Shown here: piece by piece, positions 1 through 7,905 of the stretch
Numbering within the stretch: position 1 is the stretch's first letter
How the letters are laid out: each line of letters opens with the position of its first letter
DNA from: Candidatus Magasanikbacteria bacterium CG1_02_41_34
GTDB lineage: Bacteria; Patescibacteriota; Patescibacteriia; Magasanikbacterales; UBA922
Assembly: GCA_001871445.1 (NCBI GenBank)
Contig: MNVD01000022.1
Coordinates: 1 to 46,383 of the forward strand
DNA length: 46,383 nucleotides
Direction of reading: 5' to 3'
Notes under the pieces: model-generated
The model's database searches: none
What the model was told of the DNA's origin: nothing
The model's input: only the letters and a program-made list of their open reading frames with translations
Made by a program: the position numbers and the translations under genes

Positions 1-2
1 CA

Positions 3-230
3 CCAAGCAAGATAGCACAAATAACAAAAAGTATCACAGCACGAGAGATATTTAGAAAACACCCAGGCGTAAAGACGATGTTGTGGGGAGGAACATTTTG
101 GAGTAGTAGTTACTATTTGAATACGGTGGGCGCCTATGCAAACGAGACCGTAATAAAGAATTACGTAAAAAACCAAGGAAAAACGTATCAAGAGATACAT
201 CGTGAAAAGCAGCTTAAACTACTTATGTAA
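3..230 (+). mobile_element. tnpA: IS200/IS605-family Y1 transposase TnpA, 3' part (cut by window edge)
   Basis: Manual translation of frame 3: PSKIAQITKSITAREIFRKHPGVKTMLWGGTFWSSSYYLNTVGAYANETVIKNYVKNQGK...LM*. Matches the TnpA C-terminal pattern K..TAR, LWGG.FW...Y and the catalytic Y..NQ helix. Not in the ORF track. Confidence 0.92.
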
Positions 231-238
231 GTGATGAG

Positions 239-267
239 ACCCCGTCAGCTTGCTGCGGGGTAATTCA
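239..267 (+). mobile_element. IS200/IS605 right-end subterminal hairpin ending in TTCA
   Basis: ACCCCGTCAGC-TT-GCTGCGGGGT imperfect hairpin 8 nt after the tnpA stop, followed by AATTCA. Confidence 0.75.
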
Positions 268-270
268 TTA

Positions 271-299
271 AAAAAACTCACCAAATAGGTGAGTTTTTT
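271..299. terminator. Bidirectional intrinsic terminator
   Basis: AAAAAACTCACC-AAATA-GGTGAGTTTTTT between convergent tnpA and ahcY. Confidence 0.8.
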
Positions 300-331
300 G
301 TATTGCTTGCATTGTTTGTTGGTTGACTGCA

Positions 332-365
332 ACCTCACCTTAACCCTTCCTTTAGTAAAGGAAGG
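332..365. repeat. REP-like palindromic element
   Basis: ACCTCACCTTAAC followed by hairpin CCTTCCTTT-AGT-AAAGGAAGG. Same layout as the units at 45679-45775. Confidence 0.55.
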
Positions 366-372
366 AAACTTT

Positions 373-1782
373 TTAATATCTATAATGATCTGGCTTGTAA
401 GGACCATCTTTTTCTACACCAAGGTATGATGCTTGCTCGTCTGTGAGTGTTGTGAGTTTCGCGCCGATTTTTTCTAGGTGGAGGCGAGCAACTTCTTCGT
501 CCAGATGTTTTGGTAGTGTATACACACCTATTTCATACTCATTTTTCCAGAGTTCGAGCTGTGCCAGTGTTTGATTTGCAAAGCTATTACTCATGACAAA
601 ACTTGGGTGGCCAGTCGCACAGCCAAGGTTCATGAGGCGTCCTTCTGCGAGGAGATAGATGGCATTGCCATTTGCAAATGTATATTTATCAACTTGGGGT
701 TTGATGTTTTCATGTATAATATCTGTACTTTTTTGGAGTGGTTCTACTTGGATTTCATTGTCAAAGTGGCCAATGTTGCAAACGATTGCTTGATCCTTCA
801 TCTTCTTCATGTGGTCGAGTGTGATGATATCTTTGTTTCCTGTTGCTGTCACATAGATATCGGCTCGTCCAAGTGTATCTTCGACAGTGGTGACTTCATA
901 TCCTTCCATCATTGCTTGCAGTGCACAGATAGGATCGACTTCTGTCACGATGACACGCGCGCCTTGTCCTGCGAGTGCTTGGGCACATCCTTTGCCCACA
1001 TCACCGTAGCCACAGACAACAACAGTTTTTCCTCCGATCATGACGTCCATTGCACGGTTGAGTCCGTCAATAATAGAATGACGACAGCCATAGACATTAT
1101 CAAATTTTGATTTTGTGACAGAGTCATTAACATTGATTGCTGGGAAGAGAAGTTTTCCTTCTTTGTGTAGTTGATAGAGGCGATGTACACCTGTGGTTGT
1201 TTCTTCGCTCACTCCTTTTACATTTTTTGCTACTTCTTGCCAACGTGTTGGTTGTGCGTCATATACTTCTTTCATTTTTTTCATGAAGATCTGCATTTCT
1301 GCTGATTCGTCAGAAAAATCTTTTTCAAGCATGCTTGGATCTTTTTCAATTTCCACCCCTTTGTGAATCATCATGGTGGCGTCGCCTCCATCGTCTACGA
1401 TCATCTGTGGTCCTTTGCCATTGCCAAAGTCGAGTGCACGTTCGGTGCACCACCAGTATTCTTCGAGTGTTTCACCCTTCCATGCAAAGACAGGGGTGCC
1501 AGCTTCAGCAATCGCTGCGGCAGCTTCATCTTGGGTAGAAAAAATATTGCAGCTTGCCCAGCGGACATTGGCACCGAGGGCTACAAGTGTCTCAATCAAG
1601 ACTGCTGTCTGAACGGTCATGTGAAGACTTCCCATGATGTTGACGCCAGCGAGAGGTTTTTCTGTAGCGTGTTTGTCACGGATTGCTATCAGACCTGGCA
1701 TTTCTTTTTCTGCAATTTCAATTTGCTTTCTGCCGAGTTCAGCAAGTGTGATATCGGCTACTTTGTAGTCATTATTGGACAT
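373..1782 (-). CDS. ahcY: Adenosylhomocysteinase (SAH hydrolase)
   Basis: Motifs [48 protein letters not shown] and C-terminal [10 protein letters not shown]. Start taken at [11 protein letters not shown] (1782). Confidence 0.97.
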   Translation of the reverse strand: MSNNDYKVADITLAELGRKQIEIAEKEMPGLIAIRDKHATEKPLAGVNIMGSLHMTVQTAVLIETLVALGANVRWASCNIFSTQDEAAAAIAEAGTPVFAWKGETLEEYWWCTERALDFGNGKGPQMIVDDGGDATMMIHKGVEIEKDPSMLEKDFSDESAEMQIFMKKMKEVYDAQPTRWQEVAKNVKGVSEETTTGVHRLYQLHKEGKLLFPAINVNDSVTKSKFDNVYGCRHSIIDGLNRAMDVMIGGKTVVVCGYGDVGKGCAQALAGQGARVIVTEVDPICALQAMMEGYEVTTVEDTLGRADIYVTATGNKDIITLDHMKKMKDQAIVCNIGHFDNEIQVEPLQKSTDIIHENIKPQVDKYTFANGNAIYLLAEGRLMNLGCATGHPSFVMSNSFANQTLAQLELWKNEYEIGVYTLPKHLDEEVARLHLEKIGAKLTTLTDEQASYLGVEKDGPYKPDHYRY

Positions 1783-1856
1783 ACATATAATTTTAAGTGG
1801 ATTCACCCTATCACAGTATAGGTGTTTTGTTAAGATGCTGGTATGGGAGGACGCTG

Positions 1857-2843
1857 TTACTTACAATATAACGGAAGGCATTCTGGAGCAATAACCAAAA
1901 AACCAAGATATCCAAGATAGAGAAAGAAAAAGACATATCCATGCCATTTTTCGATACGATGTTTTCCTATAATTACTGCTATGAACAAAAGGAGTGCTGC
2001 AAATGCTGAAAAAATAGCATCAACATTGATAGAAGCATTGAAGGGTATTGGTTTTATAATAGAGGTAATGCCTAAAATCCAAAATACATTAAAAATATTT
2101 GATCCGACAATGTTTCCAATGGCGAGATCTGCTTTTTTATTCATTGCTGCGACCACAGACGTTGCAAGTTCTGGAAGTGATGTCCCAATGGCGACAATGG
2201 TAAGACCAATGATCCTATCCGAAAGACCTGCGTATACGGCAAGGTTGGAAGCGTGACGAACGATTAATTCTCCACCAATGGTAAGGCCGATAATTCCGCC
2301 GAGTGCCAGCCCCATAGATGTTATCCATGAGTATTCGTCTATGTGTTCTTTTTCTCCTTTTATTTTACTGATACCGTAGGTGTAGTACAAAAATATGACG
2401 AACAATGCGAGAAAGGCAAAACCATCTGTTCTTGTAATAGCATTGAACGAATTTCCATCAAAAAAAGAATCATTTCCAAAGAGGATTACCAATACTGCGG
2501 CAAGCATGGCAAAGGGAATTTCTTTGAATGTTGTATTTTTTTTTACTGCAAGAGGAGTGATGATTGTGGTAATACCAAGGATGAGAAGAATGTTTGCGGT
2601 ATTGCTCCCAATGATATTGCCAATGGCAAGATCCGTATTTCCATGAAATGCCGAAATAAGGTTTACCAAAAATTCTGGAGCGGATGTCCCAAATGATACG
2701 ACGGTAAGACCTATGACCAAGCTGGATATGCCCCATTTTTTTGCTATGGAAGATGATCCTGAGACGAGCCAGTTTGCACTTTTTACTAAGATCCCAAGAC
2801 CCAAGATAAGAAGTCCTAAGGAGATAAGTGGAGACGTAAGCAT
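1857..2843 (-). CDS. Calcium/sodium antiporter (YrbG/CaCA family)
   Basis: Two alpha repeats (GTSAPE...GNIIGSN and GTSLPE...[10 protein letters not shown]) and about 10 hydrophobic helices. Confidence 0.93.
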   Translation of the reverse strand: MLTSPLISLGLLILGLGILVKSANWLVSGSSSIAKKWGISSLVIGLTVVSFGTSAPEFLVNLISAFHGNTDLAIGNIIGSNTANILLILGITTIITPLAVKKNTTFKEIPFAMLAAVLVILFGNDSFFDGNSFNAITRTDGFAFLALFVIFLYYTYGISKIKGEKEHIDEYSWITSMGLALGGIIGLTIGGELIVRHASNLAVYAGLSDRIIGLTIVAIGTSLPELATSVVAAMNKKADLAIGNIVGSNIFNVFWILGITSIIKPIPFNASINVDAIFSAFAALLLFIAVIIGKHRIEKWHGYVFFFLYLGYLGFLVIAPECLPLYCK

Positions 2844-2910
2844 AGACGTATATTAGAATGGGCGTAGTATGCATGAGAATCGTCTTTTTTTCAAGGAATT
2901 TCTGTACATA

Positions 2911-2939
2911 AAAAAATCACCGTTGCATGGTGATTTTTT
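2911..2939 (-). terminator. Intrinsic terminator after the HD gene
   Basis: AAAAAATCACC-GTTGCAT-GGTGATTTTTT. Confidence 0.75.
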
Positions 2940-2950
2940 GTTGTTACATA

Positions 2951-3726
2951 TTATTTTTCTCGTTGTTCTGTCAACATTTCAACACCCCATTCACCACCAT
3001 ACTTTTGTGTGATGTCTCGCCACGCGTCGTAATGTACAACGCCAGTTTTTTCTTGAATTGATTTGGCTGTGTGTGGAGTGCCCTGTGCGACGGTGTCTGA
3101 TACGTCCAGTGGTTCAGGGAGTGAAAAGAGTGGATGATATACATTCCTTACTTTTGCAAAAAGAGGAAAGGCTTCTTCAAAATTTTTCAAGATTGGAGGA
3201 TATACATCTGTTGGAGTGGTGTGGCAAACATATTGTTCCCAGCAAACAATTCATGCAATGCTTCACAATAGCCATCCATCTTGTCGCAATATTTTACTAT
3301 GACAGCTTCAACATCGTTTACATCTATTTGGTTGTATCTTTTGAGAAGGTCTTTGTAAGAATAGGTTTCAATCTGTTCAGGAAAACGTCTAGCGATTTCG
3401 TCCATGGCATTGTTCTCCGTTTGATCAAGTGCATTTTTTTCTTCTGAAGTCATGGCGAGTTTATCATTGAGTTGGATATCGCCCATGACAATTTCTAGAT
3501 CATCATGAATGAGCGTCATGAGTTGTGCTGCTTTTTTATCAAAATTTGGGAATACTGTTTGTATGAGTGGAAATAATTCTTCAATCATCCACATGAGACG
3601 ATGCCCGTGCATCCAGAGATTTGTCCGATAGAACATTGGTTTGTATGGATGATAACGGATGACGTCTTGAAGTGATTCTTTGCGTCCTTTGAAACCTGGT
3701 AAGTCAATTGTCAGAGGAGTTTGCAT
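2951..3726 (-). pseudogene. HD-domain (YfbR-like) phosphohydrolase split by an apparent frameshift (ORFs 3187-3726 and 2951-3190)
   Basis: ORF1 has H...HD..E...GDI and KYCDKMD motifs. The -1 frame is open across the junction (TTPTDVYPPILKNFEEAFPL) and continues as ORF2, which has only a TTG start. Confidence 0.6.
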
Positions 3727-3732
3727 ATCGTT

Positions 3733-3813
3733 AATTTCAAATTAAAAATTTCTAATAAAATGTTCAAATATTTGTCATTTTATTTTTGAATTGTGAACTA
3801 GAAATTTGTAATT
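3733..3813. repeat. Inverted pair of degenerate AATTTCA-type heptamer arrays
   Basis: AATTTCA AATTAAA AATTTCT AATAAAATG versus the reverse complement of 3776-3813, AATTACA AATTTCT AGTTCAC AATTCAA AAATAAAATG. Confidence 0.55.
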
Positions 3814-4762
3814 ACTCCTTTTTTCCAAACACACTTTCATATCTTTCCTCAAACTCTGCAACGGTAAATACATGATTTTGTGTGCCATATTTTTCAATAG
3901 CATACAGCGCTGCGATTGCACCTGTTTGTCCGCAGGTTTTCAGATCTTTTCCTTCTGCATATGATGAAAAGAATCCTGCACGATACGCATCGCCAGCACC
4001 TGTTGGATCTTCGACTGATTGTGCAGATGGTGCTGGGATTTCTATCATGTCGTCTTTTGTCGCGATGACAGAACCTTTGCTTCCAAGTGTTGTTATGAGC
4101 ACTTCCACATGGTTCATCAGCTCTCGTCCATCCCATCTTGTTTTTTCTTCCATCAATTTCATTTCATAATCATTGCCGATCAGCATTGTTGCTTGGCCAA
4201 TGATTGCCATGAGTTCCTGCGGTGAGAGTGTGGTGATTTGTTGGCCTGGATCAAAACAAAATGGAATGCCTGCTTCATAACATTCTTTTGCATGTTGTAC
4301 CATCACTTCTTTGGCACTTGGTCCAATGATGGCAAACGTTGGTTTTTCCGTCACATCTGCTACATGAAGTTCTGTTGATTCACTCCCAGCTCCTGGATAG
4401 AAGGCGGTAATCTGGTTGTCATCTTTATCTGTTGTAATGTATGCAGAAGAAGTAAAAAGTTCTTTGCTTGTGCGAATATAGGAAGTATTCATGTCGAGCT
4501 TTTTGAAATGATCTAGGTATGTATCTGCATCTTTGCCAAGTGCAGCAAAAACAATAGGGTCGGCACCAAGCAGTTTCATTGTGTAGCCGATATTTCCCGC
4601 AGTTCCACCAAAGTTTTTTTCGAGAGTATTAACGACAAAACTGACATTCAGCATATGAATGTGATCTGGGAGGATGTGGTTTTTGAAGCTGTCTGGAAAG
4701 TCCATAATGTAGTCGTATGCAAGGGAGCCTGAGACGAGAATCGGTGAAAAAGATGCATGCAT
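3812..4762 (-). CDS. PfkB-family carbohydrate/nucleoside kinase (adenosine kinase-like)
   Basis: GSLAYD, FGGTAGNI, DPGQQ, NDYE and DPTGAGDAYRAG motifs. Confidence 0.9.
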   Translation of the reverse strand: MHASFSPILVSGSLAYDYIMDFPDSFKNHILPDHIHMLNVSFVVNTLEKNFGGTAGNIGYTMKLLGADPIVFAALGKDADTYLDHFKKLDMNTSYIRTSKELFTSSAYITTDKDDNQITAFYPGAGSESTELHVADVTEKPTFAIIGPSAKEVMVQHAKECYEAGIPFCFDPGQQITTLSPQELMAIIGQATMLIGNDYEMKLMEEKTRWDGRELMNHVEVLITTLGSKGSVIATKDDMIEIPAPSAQSVEDPTGAGDAYRAGFFSSYAEGKDLKTCGQTGAIAALYAIEKYGTQNHVFTVAEFEERYESVFGKKE

Positions 4763-4895
4763 AGGTGAAAAAATATGTTGATTAAGCTATAATAGTAACA
4801 ATGTTGGATTGAATACGTCTTCTATAATAGAATGATTACCTCTTCTCTACAAGTATTGGCGAACCCGCCTAGGTATTGAGGGCGGTTTTCTGTTT

Positions 4896-6662
4896 ATGAA
4901 ACGAGTCACAAAACGAACATATCAAATATTTTGGCAACATGCGATACGGTATCCTGTGGCTTTTTTTGTCGTTATTTTTGGGGTGATCGCTGGATCGGTG
5001 GTCAATATGATACCACCGTTATTGTATCGAGATTTTTTCAATGTATTGCAAGTAACTGGCACGCCAAATGCGGACGTCGCGCATCAGTTGATTCAGATTC
5101 TTATAAAAATTCTTGGTGTGTTTGGGCTCAGTTGGGTGATTTGGAGAACCCTTCTTTTTACGAATAATTATTTTCAGCCACGCGTGATGCGAGATTTGTC
5201 GAACACGTGTTTTGCGTACATACACAAACATGCACCATCATTTTTTCACAATAATTTTGTCGGTTCATTGGTGAAGCGTGTAAATAAATTTTCTCGCTCA
5301 TTTGAAGGTATCGCTGATTTACTTACGTTCAATTTTATTCGTATTTTTGTCGATATCACTGTGGTGATGACCGTGTTATCGATGAACAATATCGTTTTTG
5401 GTGTGGCACTCGGCGTGTGGGTGGCTATTTTTCTCATCATGAATTATTTTTGGAGCATGTATAAGCTCAAATATGATGTGATGCGCAGTGGACAAGAATC
5501 AAAAGTTGTTGCAGTGCTTGCTGATACTATAACCAATCATGAAAATGTAAAGTTTTTGAATGGATATGCACGAGAGAAAACATATTTTGGTGTGGTCACA
5601 GAGCGTCTTCGATATCTCAATACACTGACATGGAATCTTGGACAAATATTTGAAACAGTGCAAGTATTACTTATGTTCCTTCTTGAATTTGTCATGATGT
5701 ATCTGGCTGTTGGATTTTGGCAAAAAGGACAATTGACTATTGGAGACTTTGTGTTGATCCAAGCGTACGTCATTACGACATTTGATAAACTGTGGGATGT
5801 GGGGAGATATATCAAAAATTATTATGAACACATTGCCGATGCAGAAGAGATGACATCAATTTTTGAAACGCCACACGAGATACAAGATATTCCAACGGCA
5901 ACTCCACTTGTTGTGTCAAAAGGAGAAATTGTGTTTGACAACGTGTCTTTTTATTACAACAAAACACGTTCTATCATGAAAAAGTTTTGTTTGACTATTT
6001 CATCTGGTCAGCGTATTGCCCTTGTAGGACACTCTGGTGCTGGGAAGTCCACGATTGTAAAGTTACTTCTCCGAACACACGATGTTACGCGTGGCAATCT
6101 CACCATTGATGGACAAAACATATCAGATGTGACGCTCGAAAGTTTGTGGCAGCATGTGAGTTATGTACCACAAGATCCTATTTTGTTTCACCGATCTATT
6201 ATTGATAACATTCGCTATGGGCGACCAGAAGCCACAGATGAAGAAGTCCATGATGCGGCGCGACTTGCGCATGCGCATCAATTCATCGAAAGTTTTCCAG
6301 AGAAATACGATACGTTTGTCGGAGAGCGTGGTGTGAAATTGTCTGGTGGAGAACGACAACGAGTTGCGATTGCGCGTGCGATTCTCAAAAACGCACCGAT
6401 TCTTATTCTCGACGAAGCAACATCCAGTCTTGATTCTGAATCAGAAAAATTGATTCAAGATGCGTTGCACAATTTGATGAAAGGTAAAACGGTTATTGTC
6501 ATTGCACATCGATTGTCGACGATTATGTCGATGGATCGTATTCTTGTTATAGAAGATGGAGAGATTGTTGAAGATGGAACACACAAACAACTTCTGAGAA
6601 AGAGTAAAGGGTTTTATCGAAGGCTCTGGGATTTACAGGCAGGTACATTTATTGGAGAATAA
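4896..6662 (+). CDS. ABC exporter, fused TMD-NBD (MsbA/MdlB-like)
   Basis: N-terminal TM helices, Walker A GHSGAGKS, signature LSGGERQR, ILILDEATS, IAHRLST. Confidence 0.95.
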   Translation: MKRVTKRTYQIFWQHAIRYPVAFFVVIFGVIAGSVVNMIPPLLYRDFFNVLQVTGTPNADVAHQLIQILIKILGVFGLSWVIWRTLLFTNNYFQPRVMRDLSNTCFAYIHKHAPSFFHNNFVGSLVKRVNKFSRSFEGIADLLTFNFIRIFVDITVVMTVLSMNNIVFGVALGVWVAIFLIMNYFWSMYKLKYDVMRSGQESKVVAVLADTITNHENVKFLNGYAREKTYFGVVTERLRYLNTLTWNLGQIFETVQVLLMFLLEFVMMYLAVGFWQKGQLTIGDFVLIQAYVITTFDKLWDVGRYIKNYYEHIADAEEMTSIFETPHEIQDIPTATPLVVSKGEIVFDNVSFYYNKTRSIMKKFCLTISSGQRIALVGHSGAGKSTIVKLLLRTHDVTRGNLTIDGQNISDVTLESLWQHVSYVPQDPILFHRSIIDNIRYGRPEATDEEVHDAARLAHAHQFIESFPEKYDTFVGERGVKLSGGERQRVAIARAILKNAPILILDEATSSLDSESEKLIQDALHNLMKGKTVIVIAHRLSTIMSMDRILVIEDGEIVEDGTHKQLLRKSKGFYRRLWDLQAGTFIGE

Positions 6663-6678
6663 TTCTCATGGAACACGT

Positions 6679-6716
6679 AACAAAAAACCACCAGCGTATG
6701 CTCGTGGTTTTTTGTT
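6679..6716. terminator. Bidirectional intrinsic terminator
   Basis: AACAAAAAACCAC-C-AGC-GTAT-GCT-C-GTGGTTTTTTGTT between convergent genes. Confidence 0.8.
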
Positions 6717-6720
6717 TGCA

Positions 6721-6756
6721 GACGACCGGCGGAGCGAGTGCTCTACGCCGGTCGTC
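6721..6756. other. GC-rich hairpin 3' of ORFan
   Basis: GACGACCGGCG-GAGC-GAGT-GCTC-TA-CGCCGGTCGTC, about 25 nt downstream of the stop at 6782. Confidence 0.7.
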
Positions 6757-6781
6757 AGAAGACGTCTTCCATGAGTCTTCG

Positions 6782-7225
6782 CTACATCACGATCTTCTCG
6801 AATTCGGCGAGGAACATCTGGATGTTCTTACTAAGTTCCTCCCTCCTACTGTCCTCATTCTCAGATTTGAGAAGGATTTGTAGCTCCGGCGAGGAACCAT
6901 CCTTACTCTTGAGTAGATCAACCATGTCGCGGATAGCCTGTTCTGGATCCTCACGTTCGTGTTGGGTTTTGATGAACGTTGTACCCCATTTGGCAAACAC
7001 GATGTGGCAGGTCCAGAGTGATGGCTGGGAATCATCCCACTCAGCACTTTCCATCAAACGGTCGGCAAGCGTGACAAAGACCAGGAACATCCATTCCCAG
7101 CCATGCTCTGGATTCCTTGTACCAAAGGTACGGTAGTAGCTCGGTTGGTTACCTTGCATTGCCTCGAAGGCGAGGTTAAAGATCTGTATGTCAGGGCGAT
7201 GGCGTACTCGCTGAAGCTTTTTCAT
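6782..7225 (-). CDS. Hypothetical protein (GC-rich ORFan)
   Basis: Open frame with SD GGGAGG 4 nt before the ATG at 7225 (MKKLQRVRH...). No recognisable domain. About 50% GC by spot count. Confidence 0.65.
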   Translation of the reverse strand: MKKLQRVRHRPDIQIFNLAFEAMQGNQPSYYRTFGTRNPEHGWEWMFLVFVTLADRLMESAEWDDSQPSLWTCHIVFAKWGTTFIKTQHEREDPEQAIRDMVDLLKSKDGSSPELQILLKSENEDSRREELSKNIQMFLAEFEKIVM

Positions 7226-7315
7226 GTGTCCTCCCGTGTGAGTTCTCTTCACAAGATGTATCAAATAAATGATGGGTTGTCAATGCTAGACGAAAGAATG
7301 TACAATGAAATAACT

Positions 7316-7777
7316 ATGATAACACCACACCCAGAAACAGAACTCGAACGTCGATCTCGGCGTGAACAAGAACCGTCGCGAGAATCTCGTGAACGGTTTG
7401 AAATGGATGCACAGGCAGAAGTGGCTGCTGCAATGGAGCGAGCCGATATGATTGTCAAAGATGTACAGTCGAGCAAACAACAAATGAAAAATATTGTGAT
7501 AAATATGCATCTTGTGAAACAGCAAATTCAACAATTAAGACAATTATTGCAACTCGCAGATAGCGATGATGCGAATTCATTGCACCAAGATCAAAAGGCT
7601 GTTGATGAATTGAAACAGAAAATTTCAGGACATCAACAAGAGTTGCTTGCTATGCGTGAAGATTTGATTCGAGAGCAAAAGGAAGAATTGATTGAACAAA
7701 AATTTGTGGGTGATGTTCAGAATCAAGCAGAGAAAATGATTGATCAGATGATTGGCGATGTGATGGCTGTTGCCTAA
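7316..7777 (+). CDS. Hypothetical coiled-coil protein
   Basis: Q/E/K-rich helical ORF. Start moved to MITPHPE (7316), just after TTGTCA-18-TACAAT, which removes the overlap with the ORFan. Confidence 0.7.
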   Translation: MITPHPETELERRSRREQEPSRESRERFEMDAQAEVAAAMERADMIVKDVQSSKQQMKNIVINMHLVKQQIQQLRQLLQLADSDDANSLHQDQKAVDELKQKISGHQQELLAMREDLIREQKEELIEQKFVGDVQNQAEKMIDQMIGDVMAVA

Positions 7778-7794
7778 TATGTTTTGCACTGTAT

Positions 7795-7821
7795 AAAAAC
7801 TCCCTTGATTGGGAGTTTTTT
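7795..7821 (+). terminator. Intrinsic terminator
   Basis: AAAAACTCCC-TTGATT-GGGAGTTTTTT. Confidence 0.75.
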
Positions 7822-7829
7822 GGTATACT
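7821..7829 (+). promoter_or_regulatory. Extended -10 promoter for the prepilin operon
   Basis: TGGTATACT (TGnTATACT). Similar motifs occur at 11991 and 26315. Confidence 0.55.
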
Positions 7830-7833
7830 CTCA

Positions 7834-7899
7834 TCACGAAATACATAGTATGTAGCATATAACATTTTTGTTACGTGTTACATGCTATGTGTTTCGTGA
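7834..7899. repeat. Heptamer-array hairpin (TAGCACG family), 31-bp stem
   Basis: TCACGAAATACATAGTATGTAGCATATAACA-TTTT-TGTTACGTGTTACATGCTATGTGTTTCGTGA: 26 Watson-Crick pairs, 4 G-U pairs, 1 mismatch. Confidence 0.85.
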
Positions 7900-7905
7900 A
7901 AATCA

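Noticed and set aside
231-372. tnpB downstream of tnpA
   Set aside because: The right-end hairpin follows tnpA directly, so no tnpB lies on this side.
219-407. 62-aa minus-strand ORF
   Set aside because: Runs through the REP-like unit, terminator and IS end; no protein features.
7103-7315. N-terminal extension of ORF 7103-7777
   Set aside because: Overlaps the opposite-strand ORFan and promoter region; 7316 is the more plausible start.
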